This document shows, piece by piece, positions 36,472 to 44,838 of a DNA stretch of 45,976 nt (positions are counted from its first letter, which is position 1; each line of letters opens with the position of its first letter). Made by a program: the position numbers and the translations under genes. The stretch is taken from NCBI GenBank assembly GCA_035513115.1, contig DATKCP010000180.1, positions 1-45,976 of the forward strand, in the 5' to 3' direction. The notes under the pieces were generated by a model, which was not told the origin of the DNA, ran no database searches, and worked only from the letters and a program-made list of their open reading frames with translations. Source of the stretch: Candidatus Limnocylindria bacterium. GTDB taxonomy: Bacteria; Chloroflexota; Limnocylindria; P2-11E.

Positions 36472-37136
36472 ACGCCCTCGACCGCGCGCTGCTCGTGGCG
36501 GCACGGGAGCTGGCCGCCGAACGCCGGCACCCGGACGGCCTTGTCGCGGCTCTCACCTTCACCGGTCTCCTGGTGCTCATCGAGAGCCTCGCGTTCGGGC
36601 CTGGCCAGGCGCGCCAGCCCGGCGTGGCGAGCGCGCTCTTCTGGATCGCGATCCTGTTCGCGGCCACGCTCGTTGCGACGCGCTCCTTCGACCGAGAGCT
36701 CGAGGATGAGGCAATCGATGCCGTGCTCGTGCTGGAGGGTGGGCGCGAGGCGATCTACGCCGGCAAGCTGGTCGCGATCGCGGCCGTGCTGGCGATCGTC
36801 GCGCTCGCCGCCGGCGTGCTCTCGCTCGTGCTGCTCGATCTCGAGATCGCGCTCACCGGACATCTCCTCCTCATCGGCATGCTGGGGATCCTCGCGCTTT
36901 CGCCGGTCATCGTGCTCACCACGCTCATCGCGCTGCGCGTGCGTGCGCGCGTCGCACTGGTCCCGATCCTTTCGTTCCCGATCCTCATCCCGCAGCTCGT
37001 CGCGTGCACGCAGGGCGCGGCCGCTGCCCTGACCGGCGACGCGTCGGCGGCCCTCGGATGGGCGGGCATACTCGCGGCCTTCGCGCTCGTGTACGGCGTC
37101 CTCGGCCTTACCATCGTTCCTGCGGCCATCGAATGA
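36468..37136 (+). CDS. ccmB: haem exporter permease CcmB
   Basis: GTGA overlap with ccmA. Six hydrophobic helices (ALFWIAILFAATL..., LSFPILIPQLVA...). Positioned between ccmA and ccmC. Confidence 0.85.
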   Translation: MNALDRALLVAARELAAERRHPDGLVAALTFTGLLVLIESLAFGPGQARQPGVASALFWIAILFAATLVATRSFDRELEDEAIDAVLVLEGGREAIYAGKLVAIAAVLAIVALAAGVLSLVLLDLEIALTGHLLLIGMLGILALSPVIVLTTLIALRVRARVALVPILSFPILIPQLVACTQGAAAALTGDASAALGWAGILAAFALVYGVLGLTIVPAAIE

Positions 37137-37834
37137 TCGAAACGACGACGGCGCCATTCCCCACCATCCGCGTCCGGCCCTGGCTGGGCGTCCTCGCGAC
37201 CCTGAGCTCGGTGATCGCGACCTTCATGGCGCTCGTCTGGGCCCCTACCGACGCCGTTCAGGGCGACGTGTACCGGATCCTGTACGTGCACGTTCCGCTG
37301 GCCTGGCTTGCGTACCTCGCTTTCTTCGTCGTCTTCATCGCGAGCCTGGGCTGGCTGCTCACCAAGCGCCCGTGGTTCGACGCGCTCGCGGTCGCCTCGG
37401 CCGAAGTCGGCGTTCTCTTCACGGGCATGTTCATCGTCGCCGGTTCCATCTGGGCCAAGCCGACCTGGGGCGTGTGGTGGACGTGGGATCCGCGCCTCGT
37501 GACGACCGCGGTCATGTTCATGATGTACGTCGGCTACCTGCTGCTGCGATCGCTGTCGACGGACTTCTCACGACGCGCGACGCGCGCGGCGGTGCTCGGA
37601 GTCATCGCCGTGATCGACATCCCGATCGTGCACCTGTCGGTACTGTGGATGAACTCACTGCACCAGCTGCCCACGGTCATGCGCGCCGGCGGCAGCCCGT
37701 CGATCGACGCGGCAATGGGCACGACGCTGCTGGTGAGCGTCGTCGCGTTCACGCTCGTGTACCTGGCGTTCCTCGCCGAGCGCATGTCGATCGAGCTCGA
37801 CCGCCAGCGTCGGATGTTCGAGGCTCGAGCGTGA
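37133..37834 (+). CDS. ccmC: haem exporter/lyase component CcmC
   Basis: Trp-rich motif WGVWWTWDPRL. Conserved His residues (YVHVP, IVHLS). ATGA overlap with ccmB. Confidence 0.95.
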   Translation: MIETTTAPFPTIRVRPWLGVLATLSSVIATFMALVWAPTDAVQGDVYRILYVHVPLAWLAYLAFFVVFIASLGWLLTKRPWFDALAVASAEVGVLFTGMFIVAGSIWAKPTWGVWWTWDPRLVTTAVMFMMYVGYLLLRSLSTDFSRRATRAAVLGVIAVIDIPIVHLSVLWMNSLHQLPTVMRAGGSPSIDAAMGTTLLVSVVAFTLVYLAFLAERMSIELDRQRRMFEARA

Positions 37835-37929
37835 TAGAGAACCTGGGCTTCATCGTCGCCGCCTACGTCCTCGTGTGGGGCGGCCTCGCGGTGTACGTCA
37901 TCTCCCTCATTCGGCGCCGTGGCAGTTGA
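37831..37929 (+). CDS. ccmD: haem exporter protein D (CcmD), 32 aa
   Basis: Not called as a separate ORF in the track. Translation: MIENLGFIVAAYVLVWGGLAVYVISLIRRRGS. GTGA overlap with the ccmC stop. Single TM helix plus a basic tail, as in CcmD. Confidence 0.7.
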   Translation: MIENLGFIVAAYVLVWGGLAVYVISLIRRRGS

Positions 37930-38350
37930 GCCCATGGGAGCGCGCCGCGTCCTGCTGATCGCGGTGCTCGCCGCCGCGGTGCTGATCGGATTTGTCGCGG
38001 TGCAGAACCTCGCGACCTCGGCGGTCTACTACCTCACGCCGACCGAGGCACGCGAGCGCGGTGTTGCCGCGGGCACCGCCGCGCGCCTCGGTGGGCAGGT
38101 GGACGTGGGGAGCCTGCGCTACGAGCCGCGGACGCGCGAGCTGCGCTTCGTCCTCTCCGACGGCACCACCCGCGTCACCGTCATCGGAAGCGGCGCGCCG
38201 CCCGCGCTCCTGCGCGAGGGAGCGGGGGCGGTCGTCGAGGGAACGTTCGCGCCGGACGGGACCTTCCGCGCGACGCAGGTCATCGCGAAACACGACGAGC
38301 AGTACGCCCCGCCGCCACCGGGGGCGACCCCGAGCCACCGCACGCCTTGA
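37919..38350 (+). CDS. ccmE: cytochrome c maturation haem chaperone CcmE
   Basis: N-terminal TM helix and an OB-fold body. C-terminal haem-binding motif VIAKHDEQYAPP. Start is GTG 37919 or ATG 37934. Confidence 0.9.
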   Translation: MAVEPMGARRVLLIAVLAAAVLIGFVAVQNLATSAVYYLTPTEARERGVAAGTAARLGGQVDVGSLRYEPRTRELRFVLSDGTTRVTVIGSGAPPALLREGAGAVVEGTFAPDGTFRATQVIAKHDEQYAPPPPGATPSHRTP

Positions 38351-40356
38351 ACCTCACCTTCGCCGACATCGGCACGGGCGCGCTGCGCGCGGCGCTCCCA
38401 CTCGCGATCTGGGGGATCGGCGCCGCCGCCTACGCGGTGGCGAAGCGCGACGGCCGAGCGCTCGCGAGCGCGCGCTGGTCCGCGCTCATCACCTTCCTGC
38501 TGATCGTTCTCGCCGCGCTCGCGATGGTCGGGGCACTCGTGACGCACGACTTCAGCATCGCGTACGTCGCGCGCAACAACGCGCTGGAGACGCCGCTCTT
38601 CTTCACGGTCATCTCCCTCTGGGCCGCGCTCGAGGGCTCGATCCTCCTGTGGACCGCGATCCTCGCCGGAGCCACCGCGTACGTCGCGTGGCGTGGCACG
38701 CCCGCGCTCCCACGGCTGGCCACGACGGCGCTGGCCGTCCTGATGGTCATGTGCGCGTTCTTCCTGCTGCTCGTGACGACGCCCGCGGCGGATCCTTTCG
38801 TGCGGAGCGCGATCGTTCCCCTGAACGGGAGCGGTCCGAACCCGCTGCTCCAGAACCATCCGCTCATGGCGCTGCACCCGCCACTCCTCTATCTCGGCTA
38901 CGTCCTCTTCTCCGTGCCGTTCGCCTACGCGATCGCGTCGCTCATCCTGGGCGAGGGCGGTGACCGCTGGCTCGTGGCGACGCGGCGTTACGCCCTCGTG
39001 TCGTGGGCGCTGCTCGGCGTCGGCATCGTCGCCGGCGCGTGGTGGTCGTACGCGGTCCTGGGCTGGGGCGGCTACTGGGCGTGGGATCCGGTCGAGAACG
39101 CGGCGATCATGCCGTGGCTCGTCGCGACGGCGTATCTCCACTCGGTGATGGTCGAAGAGAAGCGGCGCCTCCTCCGCAGCTGGAACCTGTCGCTCGTGAT
39201 CGCGACGTTCGCGCTCACGATCCTCGGCACGTTCCTCACGCGCAGCGGCGTCGTGAACTCGGTGCACGCATTCAGCCTGTCCGCGATCGGGCCGCTCCTG
39301 CTGGGCTACCTCGTCGCGATCGTCGTCCTGTCCGTGGGCCTGCTCCTGTGGCGCCTGCCGATGCTGCGCGACTCCGGCACGGTCGGCGCGCCGCTGTCGC
39401 GCGAGGCGGTCTTCCTCTTCCAGAACGTCATCTTCGTCGCCGCGACGCTGACCGTGCTGCTCGGCACCCTCTACCCCCTCATCGCCGAGGCGCTGAGTGG
39501 CGCGCAGCTCTCCATCGGACGTCCGTACTTCGACCGCGTCGGGGTGCCGCTCGCGCTGGCGCTCTTGTTCCTCATGGGCATCGGCCCCCAGCTGCCGTGG
39601 CACGGCGCGTCGCGCGCGACGCTGGAGCGCCAGTTCACGACGCCCATCGTCGCCGCCGCGGGCGGCGCCCTGATCGCGATCGCGACCGGCCTGGGCGGCG
39701 CGTTCGCGGTGCTCACCTACGCGCTCGCCGCGTTCGTTGCGGCGACGGTCGTGCAGGAGTTCGCGCGCGGGATCCGCGCGCGGCGCGCACTGCACGGCGA
39801 GAGCGGCGGCGCCGCGCTGGCGAACCTGCTGAGGCGGAACGGCCGCCGGTACGGCGGGTACGTCGTGCACCTCGGGATCGTGCTGATCGCGGTCGCGGTG
39901 GCGACGAGCGAGTCGAAGACGATCGAGGTCGAGCGCACCGTAAGCACCGGCGAGCGCTTCGACGTCGCTGGATACACCGTCGGCTACGGTGGACTTCGGA
40001 CGGTGAACGAGCCACAGCGGGACCTCGTCGTCGCGGACCTCACCATCACGGGGGGCGGCACGGAGCAGCGCCTCCATCCGGCGGTCGCGTTCTTTCCGAA
40101 CGCGACGCAGGCCATCGGCTCGCCGGGCATCGCCGCGGGGCTCCGAGATGACGTCTACACGATCCTGGCCGCGTACGACACGACCGGGCAGTCGTGGGCG
40201 ACGATCCGCGTCCTGGTCATCCCACTCGTCTCCTGGCTCTGGCTCGGCGGCGCGGTCGTTGGCCTGGGCGCGGTCATCGCGGCCCTGCCGCAGCCGAAAC
40301 GCCGCGAGGTTACGCGTCCGCTCGCCCAGGCGTCGTCCGCGACGGTGGGCGACTAG
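38347..40356 (+). CDS. ccmF: cytochrome c haem lyase subunit CcmF
   Basis: 669 aa, polytopic. Motifs LWAALEGSILLW and the Trp-rich WGGYWAWDPVENAAIMPWL. TTGA overlap with ccmE. Confidence 0.95.
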   Translation: MNLTFADIGTGALRAALPLAIWGIGAAAYAVAKRDGRALASARWSALITFLLIVLAALAMVGALVTHDFSIAYVARNNALETPLFFTVISLWAALEGSILLWTAILAGATAYVAWRGTPALPRLATTALAVLMVMCAFFLLLVTTPAADPFVRSAIVPLNGSGPNPLLQNHPLMALHPPLLYLGYVLFSVPFAYAIASLILGEGGDRWLVATRRYALVSWALLGVGIVAGAWWSYAVLGWGGYWAWDPVENAAIMPWLVATAYLHSVMVEEKRRLLRSWNLSLVIATFALTILGTFLTRSGVVNSVHAFSLSAIGPLLLGYLVAIVVLSVGLLLWRLPMLRDSGTVGAPLSREAVFLFQNVIFVAATLTVLLGTLYPLIAEALSGAQLSIGRPYFDRVGVPLALALLFLMGIGPQLPWHGASRATLERQFTTPIVAAAGGALIAIATGLGGAFAVLTYALAAFVAATVVQEFARGIRARRALHGESGGAALANLLRRNGRRYGGYVVHLGIVLIAVAVATSESKTIEVERTVSTGERFDVAGYTVGYGGLRTVNEPQRDLVVADLTITGGGTEQRLHPAVAFFPNATQAIGSPGIAAGLRDDVYTILAAYDTTGQSWATIRVLVIPLVSWLWLGGAVVGLGAVIAALPQPKRREVTRPLAQASSATVGD

Positions 40357-40361
40357 TCTCA

Positions 40362-40895
40362 ATGCCACGCTGGCTGCGTTACTCCATCGTCGCCGGCATC
40401 GCTGCGCTGGTCGTCGTCCTGATGCTCTCGTTCCGCTTCGATCCGCGCGACATCCGCGCCGTCACGCTGAACAAGCCCGCGGCGGCGTTCACGGCGGAGA
40501 AGCTCGACGGGACCGGCACGCTCTCGCTCGGCGACTACGCGGGCAAGGTCGTCGTCCTCAACTTCTTCGCGTCGTGGTGTCCACCGTGCAAGGTGGAGAA
40601 CCCCGCCCTCATCCGTGTCTGGGAGCGTTACCGCACCAGCGACGTGGTGCTGATCGGCATCGTCTACAACGACTCGACGGCGAGCGCGCGCGCCTACGTG
40701 GAGGCGAACGGCGTGACCTGGCCGACGGTGCAGGACGCCGACGGGCGCATCGCCTTCGCGTACGGGGTACGCGGTCCGCCCGAGACGTACTTCATCGGAC
40801 GCGACGGCATACTGACCGCCCGGCACATCGGGGAGATCACCGAGGCGGCGCTCGTGGCCGGCATCGACGCGCTCCGCGCGCAGGCCGCACGGTGA
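40362..40895 (+). CDS. ccmG: thiol:disulfide oxidoreductase CcmG/DsbE
   Basis: N-terminal TM helix. Thioredoxin fold with VLNFFASWCPPCKVE and GVRGPPETYFI. Confidence 0.9.
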   Translation: MPRWLRYSIVAGIAALVVVLMLSFRFDPRDIRAVTLNKPAAAFTAEKLDGTGTLSLGDYAGKVVVLNFFASWCPPCKVENPALIRVWERYRTSDVVLIGIVYNDSTASARAYVEANGVTWPTVQDADGRIAFAYGVRGPPETYFIGRDGILTARHIGEITEAALVAGIDALRAQAAR

Positions 40896-41377
40896 CACGC
40901 GGGCGCGCGCTCATCCTGGTCGCGCTCCTCGCGATCCTCGGCGCGGTCGCGTGGAGCGTGCGTCCGCAGGATGTGAGCGCGGCCGAGCGCGTCGACCGCA
41001 TCACGAGCGAGCTGCGCTGCGTGACCTGCCAGGGTCTGTCGGTGAGGGACTCGCTCGCCCCAAGCGCGCGGCAGATGCAGGGTCTCGTGGCGCAGCGTGT
41101 CTCCGAGGGCCGGACCGACGATGAGATCCGAGCCGAGTTCCGGGCGTCGTACGGCGACTGGGTCTTGCTCTCGCCGTCGACCTCCTCGTGGAGCGGGCTC
41201 ATCTGGCTGGTGCCTCTCGCCGCGCTGGCCGCGGGCCTGGCCGTCGCGCTCGGCCGCGTGCGGGCGGCGGGAGCTCCGAGCACGCTCACGCCGTCGCCGC
41301 CCGAGGTCGCCGCGCTGCGCGAACGCGTCGCGCGCGAGGAAGCGCTCGATCTGCCCCACGCGGATGGCGCCGAGTGA
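40892..41377 (+). CDS. ccmH: cytochrome c maturation protein CcmH (CycL-type)
   Basis: Motif LRCVTCQGLSVRDS. C-terminal TM helix. GTGA overlap with ccmG. Confidence 0.85.
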   Translation: MTRGRALILVALLAILGAVAWSVRPQDVSAAERVDRITSELRCVTCQGLSVRDSLAPSARQMQGLVAQRVSEGRTDDEIRAEFRASYGDWVLLSPSTSSWSGLIWLVPLAALAAGLAVALGRVRAAGAPSTLTPSPPEVAALRERVAREEALDLPHADGAE

Positions 41378-42174
41378 GCTACCTGCTCTTCACGACGCTG
41401 TTCCTCGCGGGCCTCGCGCTCGCGGTGCGCCCGCTGCTCGCGCGACGCGCGATAGCGTGGCCCGCCGAGGCACTCGACGCGCACGACGACGTTGCCCGCG
41501 CGGTCAGCTCGCTCCGCGATCTCGAATTCGCGCGCGCCGCCGGCACGATCGCGCCCGAGGACCACGAGCGGCTCCGCGGCCTGCTCGAGCGAGGCGCCTT
41601 CGTCCATGAGCGCGCGGAGCGGTCGGTGCCGGCGCCGTGGCGGACGCTCGCGCTCGCCTCGCTGCTCGCCGGCATCGCGGTGGTTCTCGTCGTCGTCGAG
41701 CTGCCTCGCGCGGCGGGCGATCGCGTTCCGGGCGTGCCGATCACCGGATCGGTGCCCGCGCCCACGCTCTCTGAGCTGGAGGCGCGCGCGAAGGCCACCC
41801 CGCGCGATGTGCCAACGCTGCTCGCGCTCGCGGACGCGTATGTGAGCGTGGACCGCGTGAGCGACGCGGTCGCGACCTATCAGGCGGTGCTCACGATCGA
41901 CCGAGACAGCGTCCCGGCCCTCAACGGCATCGGTTTCATGCTGTTCCGCTCCGGTGAGATGAACGGCGCGCGTCTCGCGGCCGATCGCGTGCTGGCCCTG
42001 CGTCCGAAGGACCCGGACGCGCTGTTCCTGAGGGGCCTGGTGCAGTACCGCAGCGAGGACTGGCGCGGTGCGGTGGACACGTGGGCGGTGTTCCTCGACG
42101 TGGGCGAGTTCCATCCCGCGGCGGCGATGGTGCGACCGCTGTACGAGGAAGCGCGGAAGAAAGCGGGACCCTGA
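41374..42174 (+). CDS. ccmI: CcmI/CycH-like TPR membrane protein
   Basis: Two TM helices, then TPR units (LLALADAYVSVDRVSDAVATYQAVLTIDRDSVPALNGIGFMLF..., LALRPKDPDALFLRGLV). GTGA overlap with ccmH. Confidence 0.7.
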   Translation: MSYLLFTTLFLAGLALAVRPLLARRAIAWPAEALDAHDDVARAVSSLRDLEFARAAGTIAPEDHERLRGLLERGAFVHERAERSVPAPWRTLALASLLAGIAVVLVVVELPRAAGDRVPGVPITGSVPAPTLSELEARAKATPRDVPTLLALADAYVSVDRVSDAVATYQAVLTIDRDSVPALNGIGFMLFRSGEMNGARLAADRVLALRPKDPDALFLRGLVQYRSEDWRGAVDTWAVFLDVGEFHPAAAMVRPLYEEARKKAGP

Positions 42175-42225
42175 CGCGACGGTCGTCTAACATTTGGTCC
42201 AGACGGGCGCCGTCCTGTCTCACAC

Positions 42226-42297
42226 GGCGGCTATGGTGTAATGGCAGCACTGATGGTTGTGGACCATCCAGTAGCAGTTCGAAACTGCTTAGCCGCC
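42226..42297 (+). tRNA. tRNA-His (anticodon GTG) with genome-encoded G-1; no encoded CCA
   Basis: Manual fold. Acceptor GCGGCTA/TAGCCGC; D stem GTGT/GCAC; anticodon stem GATGG/CCATC with loop TTGTGGA (GTG at 42259-42261); T arm AGCAG-TTCGAAA-CTGCT. The extra 5-prime G at 42226 lies opposite discriminator C42297. The next bases are CCG. Confidence 0.9.
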
Positions 42298-42310
42298 CCG
42301 CAGATCGAGT

Positions 42311-43390
42311 TCAGGGCTTCGCGCTGAACGGCTTCACGTTCGTCCGGCCATCGGCGCTCCGGCTCACCTCCACGCTCGCGCGGCCCTGCCTGTCGGCGCT
42401 GACCGTGACGGCCGCCGCGACCGGCGCCAGACCACGGTCCACGACCGTCGTCCGCACGTCGACCTGACCGGCGGCGGTGCGCACCAGCGCGTCGAGGCGA
42501 CCGTCCGAAACGTTCGGGAGCACGACCTGGAGCTTGCCATCGTTCGTCCTCACGAGCTGCGCACCGGGGGTCTCGAGATGCTTCCTGCCGTTCCTGTCCA
42601 TGCCGTTCGCGCGGCCCTGCGCGTCGATGACCAGCGCGTTCTGATCGTCGAAGGTCATGGTGAGCGTGCGCTCCGGCTGCGGCGCCGTGGCCGCCGGCGC
42701 GGGACGCTCGTTCCTCTGCTGCGCATGCGTCTTGCCCGCCGGAACCGCGACGTCAACCGTGTGGCCCGGACGCGCCGGATCCGCCACGCGGGCGAGGACG
42801 GTGCCTTCGGTCGTCGTGACGACCGTCCGGTCGCCGTCGCTGTCCACTTCGAACGTCGTGCCGCGCACGGAGGCCGTGCTCGCAGGCGTTCTCACTTCGT
42901 ACCTGGAGTTACCGGTGATCAGGCGGGTCACGACGTGCCAGGTCCGGCCGAAGCTCTGCCGCATGACGACGACGGTGCTGCCGTCCTTCAGCGACGACGC
43001 GTTCTCGATCGTCAGCTCGCTGTTCGGCTCGATGCTCACCGTCGAGCCCTCGAAGTACGTGAGGATCGCGCGCGCGTCTCCGGCGGTCCGAACGGCGTCG
43101 CCGGCGGTGAGGACCTCACCGTCGGTCGCGCTGACGAAGGAGGCGTTCGCGCCGTGGCGCACCTGGACGTCGCCCGAGATGATCGTCACGGTCGTCGCCG
43201 CGCCGAGCGCGGCGCCGCCAAATCCGCCACCCACGCCGAACGCCATGAGCACGAGGGCGCCGAGGAGAACGGGCGCGATGGCCTTTCGCAGGCGTCCCGG
43301 GCCCGTGTTTCCCCTCATCCGCACCACACCAGCGGTCTTACCCACCTTCACCACCGCGCGTAACCCTATGCGGCGATCTCGAGCGCTCAT
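42311..43390 (-). CDS. membrane-anchored FecR-domain protein (paralogue of the FecR module in the 1530-aa protein)
   Basis: TM IAPVLLGALVLMAFGV. FecR-like region ISGDVQVRHG...GDAVRTAGDARAILTYFEGSTVSIEPNSELTIE...RTWHVV...ASVRGTTFEV...TTTEGTV aligns with aa 345-475 of gene 3205..7797. Confidence 0.85.
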   Translation of the reverse strand: MSARDRRIGLRAVVKVGKTAGVVRMRGNTGPGRLRKAIAPVLLGALVLMAFGVGGGFGGAALGAATTVTIISGDVQVRHGANASFVSATDGEVLTAGDAVRTAGDARAILTYFEGSTVSIEPNSELTIENASSLKDGSTVVVMRQSFGRTWHVVTRLITGNSRYEVRTPASTASVRGTTFEVDSDGDRTVVTTTEGTVLARVADPARPGHTVDVAVPAGKTHAQQRNERPAPAATAPQPERTLTMTFDDQNALVIDAQGRANGMDRNGRKHLETPGAQLVRTNDGKLQVVLPNVSDGRLDALVRTAAGQVDVRTTVVDRGLAPVAAAVTVSADRQGRASVEVSRSADGRTNVKPFSAKP

Positions 43391-43435
43391 CTGCCGTTCG
43401 GGGGACAGGCAGTCTCAGCGATGTAGCGGGTGGTA

Positions 43436-43897
43436 CTAGTCGCGCGGCGGCGAGTACTCCGACAGAGTGACCAGGAATGGCCGCGTGCGGCCGGCCTGGA
43501 TCGTGAGTGGCTCCGCGAGTCCGGACTTCGCGAAGACGGCGACGCGCAGGCCATGAAGCCGCTCGGTGCGACGCTGCCACTCCGTTCCGCACACCGGACA
43601 CGCGAAGGGCCCGTCAGCCATGCGCTCGCCGTGTGACAGGAGGATCTTCGCGCAGCACCGCTCGACGTTCGGTTGGTGCCCGTCGGCGGCCCCCAGGTAC
43701 TGGAACGACGCCTGCGGTCCGACCCGCGTGCGGCGCGTGAAGCTCCGTCCGTCGGCGCGCCGGTACGCATCCGTCCCGGTCTTCGTCCACTCTGTCGCGC
43801 ACTCCGGGCAGCGGAACGCGCGATCGGGCTGATAGAAGCCGCCCCACTCGATGATCCAGTCCTCGCAGCAGTCCGCGAGGATGACACGCTCGCTCAT
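43436..43897 (-). CDS. Cys-rich protein with two tandem CC...CPxC(x)TEW zinc-ribbon-like modules
   Basis: ADCCEDWIIEWGGFYQPDRAFRCPECATEW and ERCCAKILLSHGERMADGPFACPVCGTEW. ATGA overlap with the argF stop. Confidence 0.7.
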   Translation of the reverse strand: MSERVILADCCEDWIIEWGGFYQPDRAFRCPECATEWTKTGTDAYRRADGRSFTRRTRVGPQASFQYLGAADGHQPNVERCCAKILLSHGERMADGPFACPVCGTEWQRRTERLHGLRVAVFAKSGLAEPLTIQAGRTRPFLVTLSEYSPPRD

Positions 43898-44838
43898 CGC
43901 TCGCCTCGCAGCAGCCAGCACAGGATCGCCTTCTGCGTGTGCAGCCGGTTCTCGGCCTGGTCGAATACGACGCTCTGCGGCCCGTCGACGACCTCGTCGG
44001 TGATCTCCTCACCGCGGTGCGCCGGGAGATCGTGCATCACGATCGCGTCGGGCTTCGCGTGCTGCAGCAATGCGGCGTTCACCTGATAGCCGGCGAACGC
44101 GCGCCTGCGTCGCTCGTACTCCTGTTCCTGTCCCATGCTCGTCCATACGTCGGTGTAGACGACGTCTGCGTCGCGCACGGCAGCGATCGGATCGTTACCG
44201 AACTCGACCGAGCCACTGGCTTCAGCCGCCTTACGCGCCGCGAGCTCGCGGTAGCGGGGCGACGGCTCGAATCCGGCGGGCGTCGCGACACGCATACGGC
44301 CGGATCGCAGCACCACGGCGAGCATCAGTGAATTGAGGACGTTGTTCCCATCGCCAACGTACGCGACCGTCACGTTTCGCAGGTCGCGGCCCTTCTTCTC
44401 GCTGATCGTCAGGATGTCCGCCAGACCCTGGCACGGGTGGGACAGATCGGAGAGGCCGTTGATCACGGGGATCGATGCGAAGCGAGCGAACTCCTCGATC
44501 GTCTCGTGGGCGTTCGTCCGTAGGACGACGGCGTCGACCATTCGGCTCACGACTCGCGCAACATCGGCCACGCTCTCGCGTCGACCGAGGCCGACCTCCT
44601 GGGGTGACAGGTAGGCGCAGTGTCCGCCCAGCTCGGTCATGCCGACATCGAACGAGAGACGCGTACGCAGGCTCGGCTTCTCGAAGATCAGCGCGAGCGT
44701 GCGCCCCTGAAGCAGCGGCTCGCGCCGCGCTCGCTCCGCCTTGAGCGCCGAGGCGCGTTCGAGCAGGTACGCGAGCCCGCCTGGATCGAGCTCGGCGATG
44801 GAGACGAAGTGGCGCACGCGCGCCCACACCGCGGTCAC
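43894..44838 (-). CDS. argF: ornithine carbamoyltransferase
   Basis: FEKPSLRTR, SDLSHPCQ, DVWTSMG and HDLPAHRGEE. GTG 44838 overlaps the upstream stop (GTGA). The track ORF is over-extended at the N-terminus. Confidence 0.93.
   Translation of the reverse strand: MTAVWARVRHFVSIAELDPGGLAYLLERASALKAERARREPLLQGRTLALIFEKPSLRTRLSFDVGMTELGGHCAYLSPQEVGLGRRESVADVARVVSRMVDAVVLRTNAHETIEEFARFASIPVINGLSDLSHPCQGLADILTISEKKGRDLRNVTVAYVGDGNNVLNSLMLAVVLRSGRMRVATPAGFEPSPRYRELAARKAAEASGSVEFGNDPIAAVRDADVVYTDVWTSMGQEQEYERRRRAFAGYQVNAALLQHAKPDAIVMHDLPAHRGEEITDEVVDGPQSVVFDQAENRLHTQKAILCWLLRGER

Noticed and set aside
38119-40368. 749-aa minus-strand ORF.
   Set aside because: It is antisense to ccmE/ccmF. The translation is dominated by R/D/E/A/G with no recognisable domain.
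42175-42320. tRNA-His considered as the boundary of an integrated genomic island.
   Set aside because: I could see no integrase, no repeat of the tRNA 3-prime end and no compositional break. The flanking genes (ccm, a FecR protein, argF) look like core or ordinary genes.
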